The notes under the pieces are model-generated. The model was not told the origin of the DNA. It did no database searches and was given only the letters and a program-made list of their open reading frames with translations. A DNA stretch of 64,000 bases from Rotaria socialis (taxonomy: Eukaryota): positions 62,001 to 126,000 of the forward strand of contig CAJNYD010000549.1 of assembly GCA_905331295.1 (NCBI GenBank), given 5' to 3'. A program made the translations under genes and the position numbers. This document shows positions 28,553-40,625 of this stretch, piece by piece (positions within the stretch are counted from its first letter, which is position 1; every line of letters starts with the position of its first letter).

Positions 28553-31500
28553 TTATAGTTCTGTTGTTGTAGTTAACGTAGTTTTTACAGCCAACTGGTG
28601 TGTTTTATGAGACTAAAACGTAAAAGAAAACAAAAGCATGCATTAATCATCAGACGTTTTTCGTAGTTGAAAACTTACTGAATGCAGTAACTTATAAAGT
28701 TCTATAGAAGCTGCTCGATAACTGTTACGTCGGATGCTCAGAATACATGACAATAGACTAAATGAGAAAAAATAAAATTTGATTACGTATACTGAATCAA
28801 CAATAAAATTCTATACATACATCAAGATTAAAACTAATGGAATAATGACCACAGCACTACTAATTTTAAGAATAATGTTGGTCAAAACTTCATTTTTAAT
28901 TTGTGTAATAATATTACGAATTGAATAATAAATATAAAAATCAGGCTCATGACTATATAAACGAAATGGACCGCAACCACGTGATGGTCGAAGTCTATAA
29001 AAATCGGAAATAAATATTTTTATTGAATCTTCAAGAAACAAAATCAACTTACGATGTAGCAAGAAAACTAACTGGCAACAAAGCCCAAACAAAAGAAAAC
29101 AGAAGCACAGACGTAAACATATGACAAGCTCGTGCAGGACTCAATTCTAATCCAGATCTTTTTCGAAATAGTGCTAGACTTAACTAAATAAAAACAAAAA
29201 GACATGAATCTAACTGTTGAATTTCTCACTTACCAATTTAACAATAAAGATCACTACGTTTTTAAATGCTGCAACCAATGGTAGAAATGGACAGAACAGT
29301 AAACCATGCCTAAATAATTACACAACAAGTTTTCAAAATAATAATTCTTGCATCACTACATACCAGCATAATGCTTGAGTATAGGTTAAATCCAATACAT
29401 AATCTTCGAGTTCAAATTCCATTGATTGACAAAGAAAACATCGAGTAGGTGGCTCTTGAGTTGTATCTATAGTTGCTTCATCTTCATTCTTCATAACTCC
29501 TGTTTTTGATGCACAACAGCATGTGAGTAAACTAAAATAAAAATGAAAATCGTTTGAACAAGTCCCGAAACCGAGGCACCTTAATCTGCCGCCTATAATA
29601 ACATCGATGAGTACTATTATATTTATGTCATTTATATCTGTTTGTTATTCTCTCAATAGACATCCAAGTGTGAAAGATGAAAAAAGAATGTTTCTTAGAG
29701 TCAGAAAGTTTCAATCGATCTTCTAATTGACGCATTTTTAATTGTTTATCATAAACTACCTTCGCAATGGATCAACAACAAGATGAATAACTAACATAAC
29801 GACAGTATCAGTAATAACAAGTCGATAAATAACTTGGCCAATTAGAGTTTCCCAACACTAAATGAAAACAAATGCTTATTCTTCATGAAATACTACGCAT
29901 CAACATACATGTATAAACGTTTCTTGTCCTTTAATTTCATCGCAACCAACCAGTTCTGATTGCATTCCACATTCATTAGTGTTACATGTTATTTGTAGAA
30001 TAATAATGAATACAAAAGTAAATAGTAAAACGAGTCGCATCAAAATCACTCTATGAAAAACAAAAAATAATATGAATAAAATCTTTTCAATTCGAAACAC
30101 TACCGAGTTAAATAGTGACGAACAGAAGTTGTACGCGTATATAATTTGAAATCTTTCATGAAAGCAAAAATTAATTGTGATACCAAATTAATAACAGAGA
30201 CTACTGCTGAAGGTAAATATTCGATAGCCATCTCTACAAGACGATTTGTTTGACTAGCACCGTTATTAATTTCTTTTTTTGCTCTTTCCTAAAAATCGAC
30301 CACCGCAACTCAAAGAACATGGTCAAAAAATTCAAACAAACTTGAAATGCAAATCTATTCGTAAAATAGATAGCAGCAACCGCGCCAGCAAACATAATCA
30401 ATGTAATAATCCAAAGACCTATACGTTGTATTTGAAACCATATTTTATCGACGGCTCGATCGAATTTGAAATTGACTTTATCATTACATTCTAATAGAAT
30501 ATTTTTTATTTCGGTTTTAAAACGTTGTTCATGTCGACTAACAACAATTTTATTATTGATACTATAATCCCATCGTGCAAATACATATTGAAAAATATTA
30601 TTTTGAAATGTTTCACTTTGTACATAACTTGTTTTCATACCATCGCCATATCTAAATTTTTCGACAAAACAAAATCTTCTGATTTCAATCAATATGATAA
30701 ATATTTACTTTCGTATAATAATAATGCCTGTTATCAGCAGGCAGGCAAATATTGTCAAAAACACGGCCAAGCCCATATTGTAAGTTTGAAAATATGAATT
30801 TTCACCACCGGACTTTGTTAAATTTCGATAGTAACCAATATACATTCGATTGAGAGTGAAAAAACCCTAATTTTAAAAAACTCTAAAAGAAAAGCGTGAA
30901 TGATTTAAATTCAAACGTACCGTTCCATCGATAAGATCGCTCAAGAATTTTCTCCAATCACTTTCACCTTCACTTGATGAATTCACAAAAAATGCCTCTG
31001 CATGTAATGAGCAACAACTACCCGCAGTAAACGAGTCATTCAAACAGGTATCATTGGATTCATTTTTCTGACTTAAAAGTGGTGTATTAAGAATTATACA
31101 ACGAGGATCATTCAATGTACATTGTCCCAAAGATTCATTACTCTTTGATATATTGTTTATTTGATAATATTGATCCATAGCATAGATAGAAAAATCCGTT
31201 GGCTTGGGATAAATAAGTGTTGGCATTATAATACATGTAAAGCAAAGAATGAATGTGAAAATATTTAAATAAAATAACCAAACAACGAATTGAAAATAAG
31301 AACGTATTGTATATCCATTACGATCTAATATATTTGTGAAAACAAACCTATCAATATTTCTCGGTAGATCCGTTGTGTTATACTTACGTTCAATAAAATC
31401 GAGTAAAAATCCAATGGGTGATGGAATTTTTGAAAACAATTTTGACAGTTGTGTTAGGACTGATTCTGTTTTCTATAAATTTACACAATATAAAATACGT

Positions 31501-31924
31501 TAATAAAAAAAAATGTATCATATACATACTCTATCTATTGCACGTCCATCTACAGGTGCCACAACCTTAGCCCTATTGATAAAGTGATTTTGTTTTTCAA
31601 TTAAAATGATTTGCTAGTTAATTCTACTTACCATTCTTTTCGTTTTTTTCTTTTAATAATTTCAAGTAATGGTGATGTATCACTGCTTTCGCTTTCCTAC
31701 TTATATGAGAAAACTTTTATATCGAAAATTGCCAAGATTTCATTTTTATACGCTCGTACCTCAACTGGTGTTGGAATAACAATGAATTGTGAATTGTTAC
31801 TATTTGCGATAGATGGTACATCAGCAAGATCTATTGTTTCTATTTCTTCAGAACGCTGCCTTTGTAGTCCTTGACGACGCTGGCGATGTCTTTTTTTGCG
31901 ACCTTCTGATTCACTTGAAGTCAT
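28553..31924 (-). CDS. Transmembrane channel-like (TMC) protein, TMC5/7-like
   Basis: Multi-exon gene with TMC hallmarks: SYFQFVVWLFYLN, YIGYY, VFARWDY, CWETLIGQVIYRL, EFELEDYVLDLTYTQALCW..FCPFLP, PSRGCGPFR. Stop at 28553-28555. Confidence 0.9.
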
Positions 31925-34295
31925 TCTAAAGTGTACTATCGATGTTTGAAATTATGGGGATTTTGTAAAAAGAAAAGTTTTTAACATCGTGTCGATGGTA
32001 TCTATTAAATATAATTTATCAACAATAAATACTGTCAGAGCATGCCGTCATACTTTTCTCTTGCTTTCTATAGCTATTGAAGCAACAAACCTTATCAGTC
32101 ATTTTATTGAGTTAGACATAGAGAGTTTATGCAAAAAACAAGAAATACTCATTTCTTTTTCTCTTTCTGTGACAACATACTATAAGCAAAAGTATAGTTT
32201 TTATGCAGCTTTTTCTTTCTAGAGAGATTTTTCTAATATATGACGCAATAATTTATTTCTGCCAATATTAATATAACTAAGAGACAATTTTTGACTGAAA
32301 AGTTATCAACGAGATTTTATCATACACATAATCGACATGAAAATCTCTTTTATTGAATTTTTATAAAAGGAAGACAGCCGTAATAATACTCCAAAACTTG
32401 TTTCAGATGATGCTAAGAGGCGATAAGTTTACATTTACAACATCTATTAAACCAATAAAGAAATTTCTATAATTCATTTTAAAATAAATTTAAGGGAAAA
32501 TACCATCTCTGATGTCATCTTGGCCAGTACTTTATAATAATCTCTACGGATATTGAGTCCTAAGTTGCTACGTATATCTTTTTTTTTTATCATCAATATC
32601 ATCAATTAATAACTAAGAGGTCACACTGAATAGGAATATTATTTTCATAAATCCTGTCATTCTTGCGATTTCCATTGAAGATGAGCTATCGGATGCACTA
32701 TCCTATATAATAAGAAAAAAAAACCTTTCCTCACAGTAATGTATTATACATTCTCGTCTGTTATGTTCACACTATGACTGTATAGCGAACAAGGAGGGCA
32801 TCGAAGTGGCAAGAAAGTCATAAAGAGTCAAACATATCCGCACCGATATTTGATCATTAAGCTTTCATTGTATGAAACACCACCTTCAAGTAAGAGATAT
32901 TTATTCTTCCGTGGCGTATCTATCATATACTATGATCGTTTCAGGGAGAAGATCAAACGCTTCATGAGGAGAAAGTCTCATTGATTGTATCTGATTTTCG
33001 TAAGTAGAAACTTATGATTTTGTTTGGATGAGTTTGAGACAAAAGTTCAAAAGTCACCAGAAATTATTGAAACTCGCAGAGAATCACTTAAACTTAATTT
33101 ATTTGCAATCATTTGCGTTAATCTAGAGAGATTTCAATTACTTGTTTTTCTTTCAGTGTCTCTATATCTTTGGTGAAGTATAGAACAGAGGTGCTCGCAG
33201 GGCCTATTTTATTGCCCTGACCTACTAATTAAGAAGAATTTTTTCATGCTAAAATTCAAGTTTAAGTAACTTTTCTTGTTTGAAAAATAATTCAATAATT
33301 CAATAAATGATTAAGAAATAATAAATTAATACTTATTCAATTATTCAAGAGGTGTATATGATGAATTTGCACCACCACTGATGATCCACCAGTAGAAATA
33401 TTTAACGAAGAGGGTATAGAAACTTCATTTTTCATCCTCAGAAGAGACAGATGACATATCAGCACGTGAATCTATCAGCTGTGAGAACGATGCATAGGTT
33501 ATTTTTAATAGCTCTATTATGATTCCATTATTCTTTTCTTTTCTTTTCTTTTCTTACCAATTTGACTGGATCTTATAGTCATCATACGAACAGAAGTATA
33601 ACAATCTATTTACCATTTAATAACGTTATCTGGATATATTAGCTTCTTCCTGAAGGTGTGAATTAAAAGAGATAGGAAATTTATGTTAAAATCTAGGAAA
33701 GTTTATTACTACTGTAACAATGAGAACAGATATCAACATTGTTATTCAATCTTTGAATTCGTAGGTAAAGATTTGGCAAGTTTTCATGTGAACGAGAGAA
33801 AGAATGGCAATTGTGAGACAATTTTTCAAAATAATTTTAAATACGAAGTTTTCATTCAACACAAAACACCATCTAAAATGATTTGATCTGTTAGAAATTC
33901 TGTCTCATGAAAAAAGTTGCAGTCTATATACAATGCCATCCATAAAAGAAATATACATTCTATATAGACATGCCTAGAAGAAATAAAATATATAATGTTG
34001 AGCTCATCGCACCATCAAATAGTTTTGTCCATAATCAGAAAGACACATTCGATCTACAGCCTTGTCTTTGAGAAAAATATAAAAACTGAGAAAAAAGAAA
34101 AGTTTCAACAGCTTCTATTTTTTAAGATCCATACAGATACTGAAAGAATAAAAATAAATGTTTATAGCAATTTAAAAATGTCCTACATCGACTAGTGCAT
34201 CATTCATTGGAGCTGCTTTTAGCTCGCTATTGATGTATGCGTAATATAAAATGCCATGGTCACTTCCAATTTATAGATACTATGTGTAGGCAAAT

Positions 34296-34917
34296 TCAGT
34301 AGAAATCTTTTATGAATTTCCATATTTTGCTAATGTTCAAGAATCTTTGGTGGAAGATGCACGGTTGTAAACGACCATTTCAGCTAATATTTGTTCTTCG
34401 CCTAAAATAACATGTGAGTAATTAACTATTTTATATTCTATATGACTCACCGAATATCGACTTTCCAAGCTGAATTACTTCTTTTGTTTCTTTGAATTGT
34501 TTCATTTCGATGAGTATTTGACAACATATTCGGTTCTCATTCAGTACATCTTAGGATCGAATCTTCCCAGGCGAATGATTCCGATAGTAGGATCTTATCG
34601 GATATAGTATGAATTTCATTAAACCGACGAAATCCTATCGGAATCCCGGTGTGGGACCTATAATCGGAACCATAATGTTGGAATCCGATAGGCTTCAGTA
34701 TCGGAATTTAACGGAATCCAACATAAGCATTCGACTCATGTGTTCTGTTGTCACCATATGCTTATTCATTGGCGATTAAGAAAATGTTTTTTTTCCGTCG
34801 TATCCGTTAGTAGATCCTAGACCCAAAATCCGATCGGATTTTTTCGGCTTGTCGGATCTCATGAGATTCACTGTTGGATTCATTCACCTGGATAATGACA
34901 GATGTTCACAATTATAC
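34296..34917 (-). pseudogene. Degraded spliced gene fragment (helical, TPR-like) interrupted by a MITE
   Basis: A canonical 49-nt intron (34402-34450, GTGAGT..TTTTAG) joins in-frame segments RICCQILIEMKQFKETKEVIQLGKSIF|GEEQILAENG. There is an in-frame stop upstream and the MITE at 34566. Confidence 0.3.
34566..34892. mobile_element. CCCAG-terminated MITE (CMC/EnSpm-like, diverged)
   Basis: Imperfect TIRs CCCAGGCGAATGATTCCGATAG / CTGTTGGATTCATTCACCTGGA with many internal (A)TCGGA/TCCGAT subrepeats. No clean TSD. Confidence 0.65.
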
Positions 34918-35634
34918 TTAATACAAAGAAAATAATAGAATAGAATCTCAAGCACATACTATTTTAAATTACTTGCATCTGTTTTTTATTGCAAATGAAT
35001 TCAACGTCAATCAAATAATGGAAATCGTAAAACATTTCGTTTCATAATAAAAATAAGCGCAATTTCTAAAAACATTTAAGATCGACAGTAAATGTAATTG
35101 TCAATTTTCATGTGATACGTTAATTCTTGTGAATATTCAAAGGATGTCTTCTATTTCAAAGTACTCATTTAAATATAATGATAAATACTTATACGCTGAT
35201 TAAATGAATAAATCATAAAAATATCTCAAAGATTTCTTAGACGTGAAAAATTCATTCTTTCTAAAAGTGAGAACTGAATGAATAACGATAGAATGTTATT
35301 CTCTTTCTTTCTTACTCGAAAAATAATCAAACTAAATATTTTTCATTGAAATACTTTCATAGAAATATATCGAAAATGTATTATCTCTCTTATTTATAGA
35401 AAGAACACATATATCCGTTCGATTTAAACATTGAGAATTTTTCGTATTGAATATTAGATTTACTATGTAATCATTTATCATGGACATGAAAGAAAGTTGA
35501 GTCCTATACTTATTTACTATAAAGAATAATCGAAGTTTAATTCAAAATGTAAATCGTTTTTAATTCAATTGAATTTTTATGAAAGCACCAAAGTTGTATA
35601 TTTATTGACTATATTCAAAAAAGGACAAGATCCA

Positions 35635-36231
35635 TTACATTTTATATGTGATCACTTGACAATTAGCTGGATACGATCTTCCGCCTTCTAAAAATTCCCA
35701 TAAATAGTCACCATGTGAAAATACCGCAATACGTGTTTCAGGTCGTGCTTGAACAAAATGACGAAATTTTTGCATACGTTTTGTTTGATAGTCATGCGTT
35801 TCAGAAGCATGTTTCTGATCATATGGCCACCACCAAACATCATCCATTGGAACATTAGACCAATCAAATCTAGTGGGAAACTTTGGTTGGATAACACTAC
35901 GTTTTTGTCCACAACTGTAATGCGATGAACAAACTTCAGCAATTTCTGGTAGAACAATAATTGGACCATCATACGACGGTGGTAAAGCATTTTGACATGT
36001 TTGAAGTGCTCGTGTTAGAGGACTGACAACAGCAAGTTCGATTTCTAATTCTTCAAGTTCTTTGTGTAGAGCTCTTGCTTGGCTAATACCTTGTTCAGTT
36101 AAGCCGGCATCACGATAAGCACTCGATTCATCATAATCTCGATTCGAAATTGATTGACCATGACGTATGAGAAAGAGTGTTTTTTTTGTATTAGATTGTT
36201 GTTCGTCTTGTGTTTTCTTTTTTGCTGGCAT
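35635..36231 (-). CDS. Intronless histidine phosphatase superfamily (phosphoglycerate mutase-like) protein
   Basis: Uninterrupted 198-aa ORF with LFLIRHGQS (RHG), DAGLTEQGISQA, VVSPLTRALQT and IAVFSHG motifs. AATAAA lies downstream at 35601-35606. Confidence 0.92.
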   Translation of the reverse strand: MPAKKKTQDEQQSNTKKTLFLIRHGQSISNRDYDESSAYRDAGLTEQGISQARALHKELEELEIELAVVSPLTRALQTCQNALPPSYDGPIIVLPEIAEVCSSHYSCGQKRSVIQPKFPTRFDWSNVPMDDVWWWPYDQKHASETHDYQTKRMQKFRHFVQARPETRIAVFSHGDYLWEFLEGGRSYPANCQVITYKM

Positions 36232-36237
36232 TACTAT

Positions 36238-37118
36238 CTACAATTGTACATTTTTATATATAGAAATTGTTAAATTAGAAAACAGAGAAAGATCTAATGT
36301 GGAATCTTCAGATACTGATGAATTTAAATTCTCTAATTGTTTACAAAGATCCGATATAGATGACGTTTCATTTTTTTGTAATGCACGACTTTTAAGTAAA
36401 TGAATAAGCTATAGAAAATAAGAGATTAACAATTTGGAAACATTAAAAAATACTTTACAAACTTCAATAATTTCAGCTTTTATTTCTGGTGATGCTATAG
36501 TTCGTTTTTCATTCATCATTGATTGTAAACGACTTAACGCAATAGTCAATGGTGTTGAACGACTTTTTGTTGATGATAAATTTGCGCCAGCACGAAGAAG
36601 AATACCAACTATTGCTAATCGACTACTAATACAAGCTAAATGTAATGGAGTATTACCAAGTGAATCTTCAGCATTAAAATTAGCACCATGATCAATGAGT
36701 GCTTTTGCTAAGAAATAAATAAATATGATTTAATGATCTCTTTTTGTTTTCATAAAAATTTACCTATTGCTGCATTCATCTTTGTTGAGGCAACATGTAA
36801 TGGAGTACGACCATATCTATCAGATATACATGGATCGACGCCTGATTGAAGAAGATCCAGAACTAAAATGAATTTCAAGAGAATGAATTTATACAATCGT
36901 TTTATAATTATTTACCCCGGTCATAATCTTGAACATTGACTGCATCGAATAAGACGTGTGTTTCTAAAAATCAGATTGGCTTCCAATGATGCAACACCGA
37001 TTTGAAAGCATTTTTTACCTCGACTTCCATTGGCAAGATCTGGCACAGTCGCTCGACGAATTGACACACGATCACGTCGAGAATCTCGAACTTTACCCAA
37101 ACAGTGTGAAGACGACAT
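36238..37118 (-). CDS. ANKRD54: Ankyrin repeat domain-containing protein 54-like
   Basis: Five exons give ...LFDAVNVQDYDRVLDLLQSGVDPCISDRYGRTPLHVAS..ALIDHGANFNAEDSLGNTPLHLACIS..TPLTIALSRLQ..ISDLCKQLENL..LSLFSNLTISIYKNVQL*, matching the ANKRD54 layout. Confidence 0.8.
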
Positions 37119-37769
37119 GAGTTTTGAAGTTAAGATAATGTACATACACTTGAAGCTACATACACGAAGTCGCCATTGAACGAAATGACATACGTCCTCT
37201 GAATGGATAAAGTATTTGTCAGATGTCACTAGTCATCGCCGTGGGTTTGAATATCTTTTAATTTTACAGTATAGCTTATCTGAACTTCCTTCGCGTATAC
37301 ATCACACCCTCCTCTTTCGTTCTCTTGTGCTGACTTTAATTAAATATAGCCCATTTGCAAATAATAATTTCGAGCTGCAAACGCAGGTCTAAAGACGAAA
37401 ATAGCTAAAATCCCTTGAAGATTTTTGAAGAAAATTTTTCTCTGTGTAGCAATGGACTTCTACAGGCGATTTATACAACTTTAAAAAATATGCTAGTAAT
37501 TCACCATTTTCTGGCTGCAAAGAGGGTTCTGTCCAAAACAAAAATCAGTAAAATGAATGAATCCGCACCGGATTTATTTGGAAAACATATTTCGTTCAAA
37601 GCAAAAGATCTGCTGACAAAATGGCAAACATTTTGAGCGAAAACTGAGAATCTGTACCTCATTTGTGCCTGACTGAACAATAAAATCTCACAACTAATAG
37701 ATGTATGTGATAGAGCATTCAGCTCTAAATCTAACACAAGCAATTAGAGACCCATCACGGGTGCAGGAA

Positions 37770-38154
37770 CCCAGGTCGAGCAGTACGGTCCGTATACGGC
37801 CATTGACGGTTAGTTTACGACTATTTTACGGGTGAAATTTTGCCGTAATATCTGGCGCAGTAATACGGACCGTATTATCATGAGAGTACGGAGCACAAAC
37901 AGCCGTAAACCATGAAAATTCAGCCCCGTTTACGGTGCCGTATTACTGCGCCAGGTATTACGGGCAAATACGGCCTATTTACTGCCGTAAAGATACCGTT
38001 TTGACATCGTTTACGGTCTGTTTGTCGACGNGCCGTATTACTGCGCCAGGTATTACGGGCAAATACGGCCTATTTACTGCCGTAAAGATACCGTTTTGAC
38101 ATCGTTTACCGTCGACAAACAGACCGTAAACGAGTCCGTTTTGATCAACCTGGG
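37770..38154. mobile_element. CCCAGG-terminated MITE (CMC/EnSpm-like) with 2-bp TSD
   Basis: Ends CCCAGGTCGAGCA / TGATCAACCTGGG, flanked by AA/AA; rich in TACGG/CCGTA subrepeats. Spans an N at 38031. Confidence 0.8.
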
Positions 38155-38447
38155 AACGAATCCGAATTATATATACTGCAGAAAACCTGTCTGTAGCTCA
38201 GTATTTCCGCCTATAGTCCCATTTTTAATGAACCAGCTTCATTCTGAGAGATACCATTCGATAAAGCATAAAATTCTACATCTAACACAGCTCGGTAGAG
38301 AGCCACCACAGATTCAGAAGCAAATCCGGGTTGGATATACTTGAATCAGGTGCTAACTTTATCCACATCAAAGAAACATAGAACTGCATTTCTTATCTTT
38401 CTTCAACAATAATTAGCTCTTTTGTTGTTTTTTGTGTCATCTACTAG

Positions 38448-39012
38448 AAAAATAACAACTGGATTTATTGAGAAAAATGATGATGAAGCTACTCGAGATG
38501 GTGAACAAACAACGGGAAAACAACAAATGACGAAACAATACAATCGCCATTAGAAAATAGTGGCGATGATGAAGATGTTGATTTTTATGAAGCAACACCA
38601 ACTATTTATCTGATCAATAACGAATGGAGTAATATTTTGTAACTGGAAAAAAGAAACAAACTTTCTGATGGATGAGAATAAAAGTTAGTTTTACTCATTT
38701 TTATTTGTAAATTGAATTAATTGAGTATTTTCGAATGATGTTCAATATAGCAATAGATAAAGCAAACATAATTGGCGATTCAACAGTAGAAAAAAAGCTA
38801 CTTTTGATAAACAAAATTTTGCACAACCAAAGCAACCTGTTAATGTTGCTTGTCGAGAGCATGTTCATGATGAAAAATCAATCATCGATAGGTCACTTAT
38901 GTAAATTTTATTTGTTAAACCAAAATTAAATGAAAGATTTGTTTTTTGTTAGGGTTTTAATAAGACTAATTAATAAACGAACTTTGAAAAAATATCAAAG
39001 TAAAATCTGTGC
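38448..39012 (+). pseudogene. Degraded intron-containing coding remnant, possibly transposon-derived
   Basis: Reads SPLENSGDDEDVEFYEATPTIYLINNEWSNIL*LEKRNKLSDG*E with stops, frameshifts and GT-AG-like junctions, inside the TE cluster. Family not established. Confidence 0.3.
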
Positions 39013-39404
39013 ATCTTCGTAAAAGATAATGATTATCATCTGTGTTATCAATCGAGATGAAAGTATTGTTTTGATCAATATACATACTTGATATGGATTT
39101 CAATAAAATAATAAATTAGTCAAAGTTTTTGAGAAAGATTATAAGGCTGTTTTGTTATCACCCTTTTCCCTGTCCCTGTTATGATCGTCTCCTCCATTGT
39201 CACGCTTTTCTTTCTTCTATCGTGAAAATTAGCTGCCACCAGAGATGGGCAATTCCGACCCTTTCGCGCTCCAACTCCACTCCGAATCAAAAATAACCGC
39301 TCCGACTCCACACCAGCTCCAGCTCCGCTTTAGCGAAAAAGCCTGTTTCCTATTTTTCTTGAAGTTAGATGATATTCAATGAATTTCACGTTTCATTTCA
39401 GCAT

Positions 39405-39440
<36 letters not shown>

Positions 39441-39724
39441 GTCGGAATTGACTCTAAAATCCAGTTGCCTTTTAAAGGCAACTAGTCGACTTTAAAATTT
39501 AAGAGTCAACTAGTTGAATTTAAAATGTATAATCATAAAGTTGTTATTGACATGATAAAGAGTATTTTAATCAATAGATGAGATTGAGGGTGTGGGAGTG
39601 GGTCTGGGGGTGGGTATGGTTTCGAGTCTATCCCAGGTNACTAGCTCTATCCTAGTTGACTCTTCAATTTTAAAGACAACTAGTTGCCTTTAAAAGGCAA
39701 CTGGATTTTAGAGTCAACTCCGAC
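39441..39724. mobile_element. Long-TIR MITE embedded in a (CA)n(TA)n / (TA)n microsatellite
   Basis: ~70-bp inverted repeats (GTCGGAATTGACTCTAAAATCCAGTTGCC... / ...GGCAACTGGATTTTAGAGTCAACTCCGAC) with TA tracts on both sides; N at 39639. Confidence 0.8.
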
Positions 39725-40439
39725 ATATATATATATATATATATATATAGGGAATATAGGAACACGATCATTAATAATATAATTAACAAAAAAACTAACT
39801 ATCAATTGATTTAACAAAAAATGAATCGCCAATACATTTAGGTTACTTTGATTACAACATGAAAATTATTTCTGATAATAAATAGACTGGTGAACTATAA
39901 TAATTGTTGATTGCATTTTAGTAAAGTTAACATTGAGAACATATTCTTAGAGAATGGATGTGGGTTTAGTTTAGATAAATATGAGATAAAAAAACAAGAC
40001 CTACACCCTAGTTTGTTCCTTCAACTTTCGGTTGAATGCAAAATGTTGTTCTCTTCTATCATTAGTCAAATCTATTACACTTTATTTGCTTCAATTTTCT
40101 CTCTTCATCGACGTTGTGTTCGTACATTGTCAAACTAACAATAGTGAATTGCAATCAGTCATAGAAAAATCAACTAAATGAACGGTCAGCCATTATCTCA
40201 AGTGTTGTCATTGATTAAAATGCAGTAATGACATATTCATTATTGAATACTAGACGACGAGCTTTTCTTTCACTAATTTCCCCGTTTTCGTTCACAGAAG
40301 AAAAGCTGTTAGCGCAATCCCTTTGGGATTAAAAGTGTGAAACGCGATGAAACTTCTTTTCTGGAATTCGTCTATTACTGTCACTGGTGGTCTGTGAAGC
40401 TTCTCTATTACGGTCTGTATTATGATGTATGGAGTTTCT

Positions 40440-40625
40440 AGAAACCACCACAGACCGTTACAGAGTCCTCAGAAACCACCACAGACAGTGACAGAGAATT
40501 CAGAGACCACCACAGACCGTTACAGAGTCCTCAGAAACCACCACAGACCGTTACAGGGAAATTAATTAATAATTAATTAATTAACAAATTAACTGATTAA
40601 TTAATTTCTCTGTAATGGTCTGTGG
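40440..40625. repeat. Four tandem 31-bp units followed by an inverted copy forming a hairpin
   Basis: Unit AGAAACCACCACAGACCGTTACAGAGTCCTC at 40440, 40471, 40502 and 40533. Segment 40541-40569 pairs with 40597-40625 around an AT-rich loop. Confidence 0.85.

Noticed and set aside
33186..33380. Possible hAT-like ends CAGAGGTGCT...CACCACCACTG
   Set aside because: The TIR match is poor and there is no TSD.
36167..36691. Plus-strand ORFs 36167..36403 and 36434..36691
   Set aside because: They are antisense shadows of ANKRD54 exons.
36921..37229. 102-aa ORF as a separate gene
   Set aside because: It is ANKRD54 exon 1 read through its first intron.
37937..38108. Exact ~77-bp direct duplication inside the MITE
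   Set aside because: The two copies flank the single N at 38031, so this is most likely an unmerged contig overlap (assembly artefact).
40440..40560. 31-bp direct repeats resembling a CRISPR array
   Set aside because: Units are directly adjacent with no unique spacers, there are no cas genes, and the context is eukaryotic and inside a transposon.
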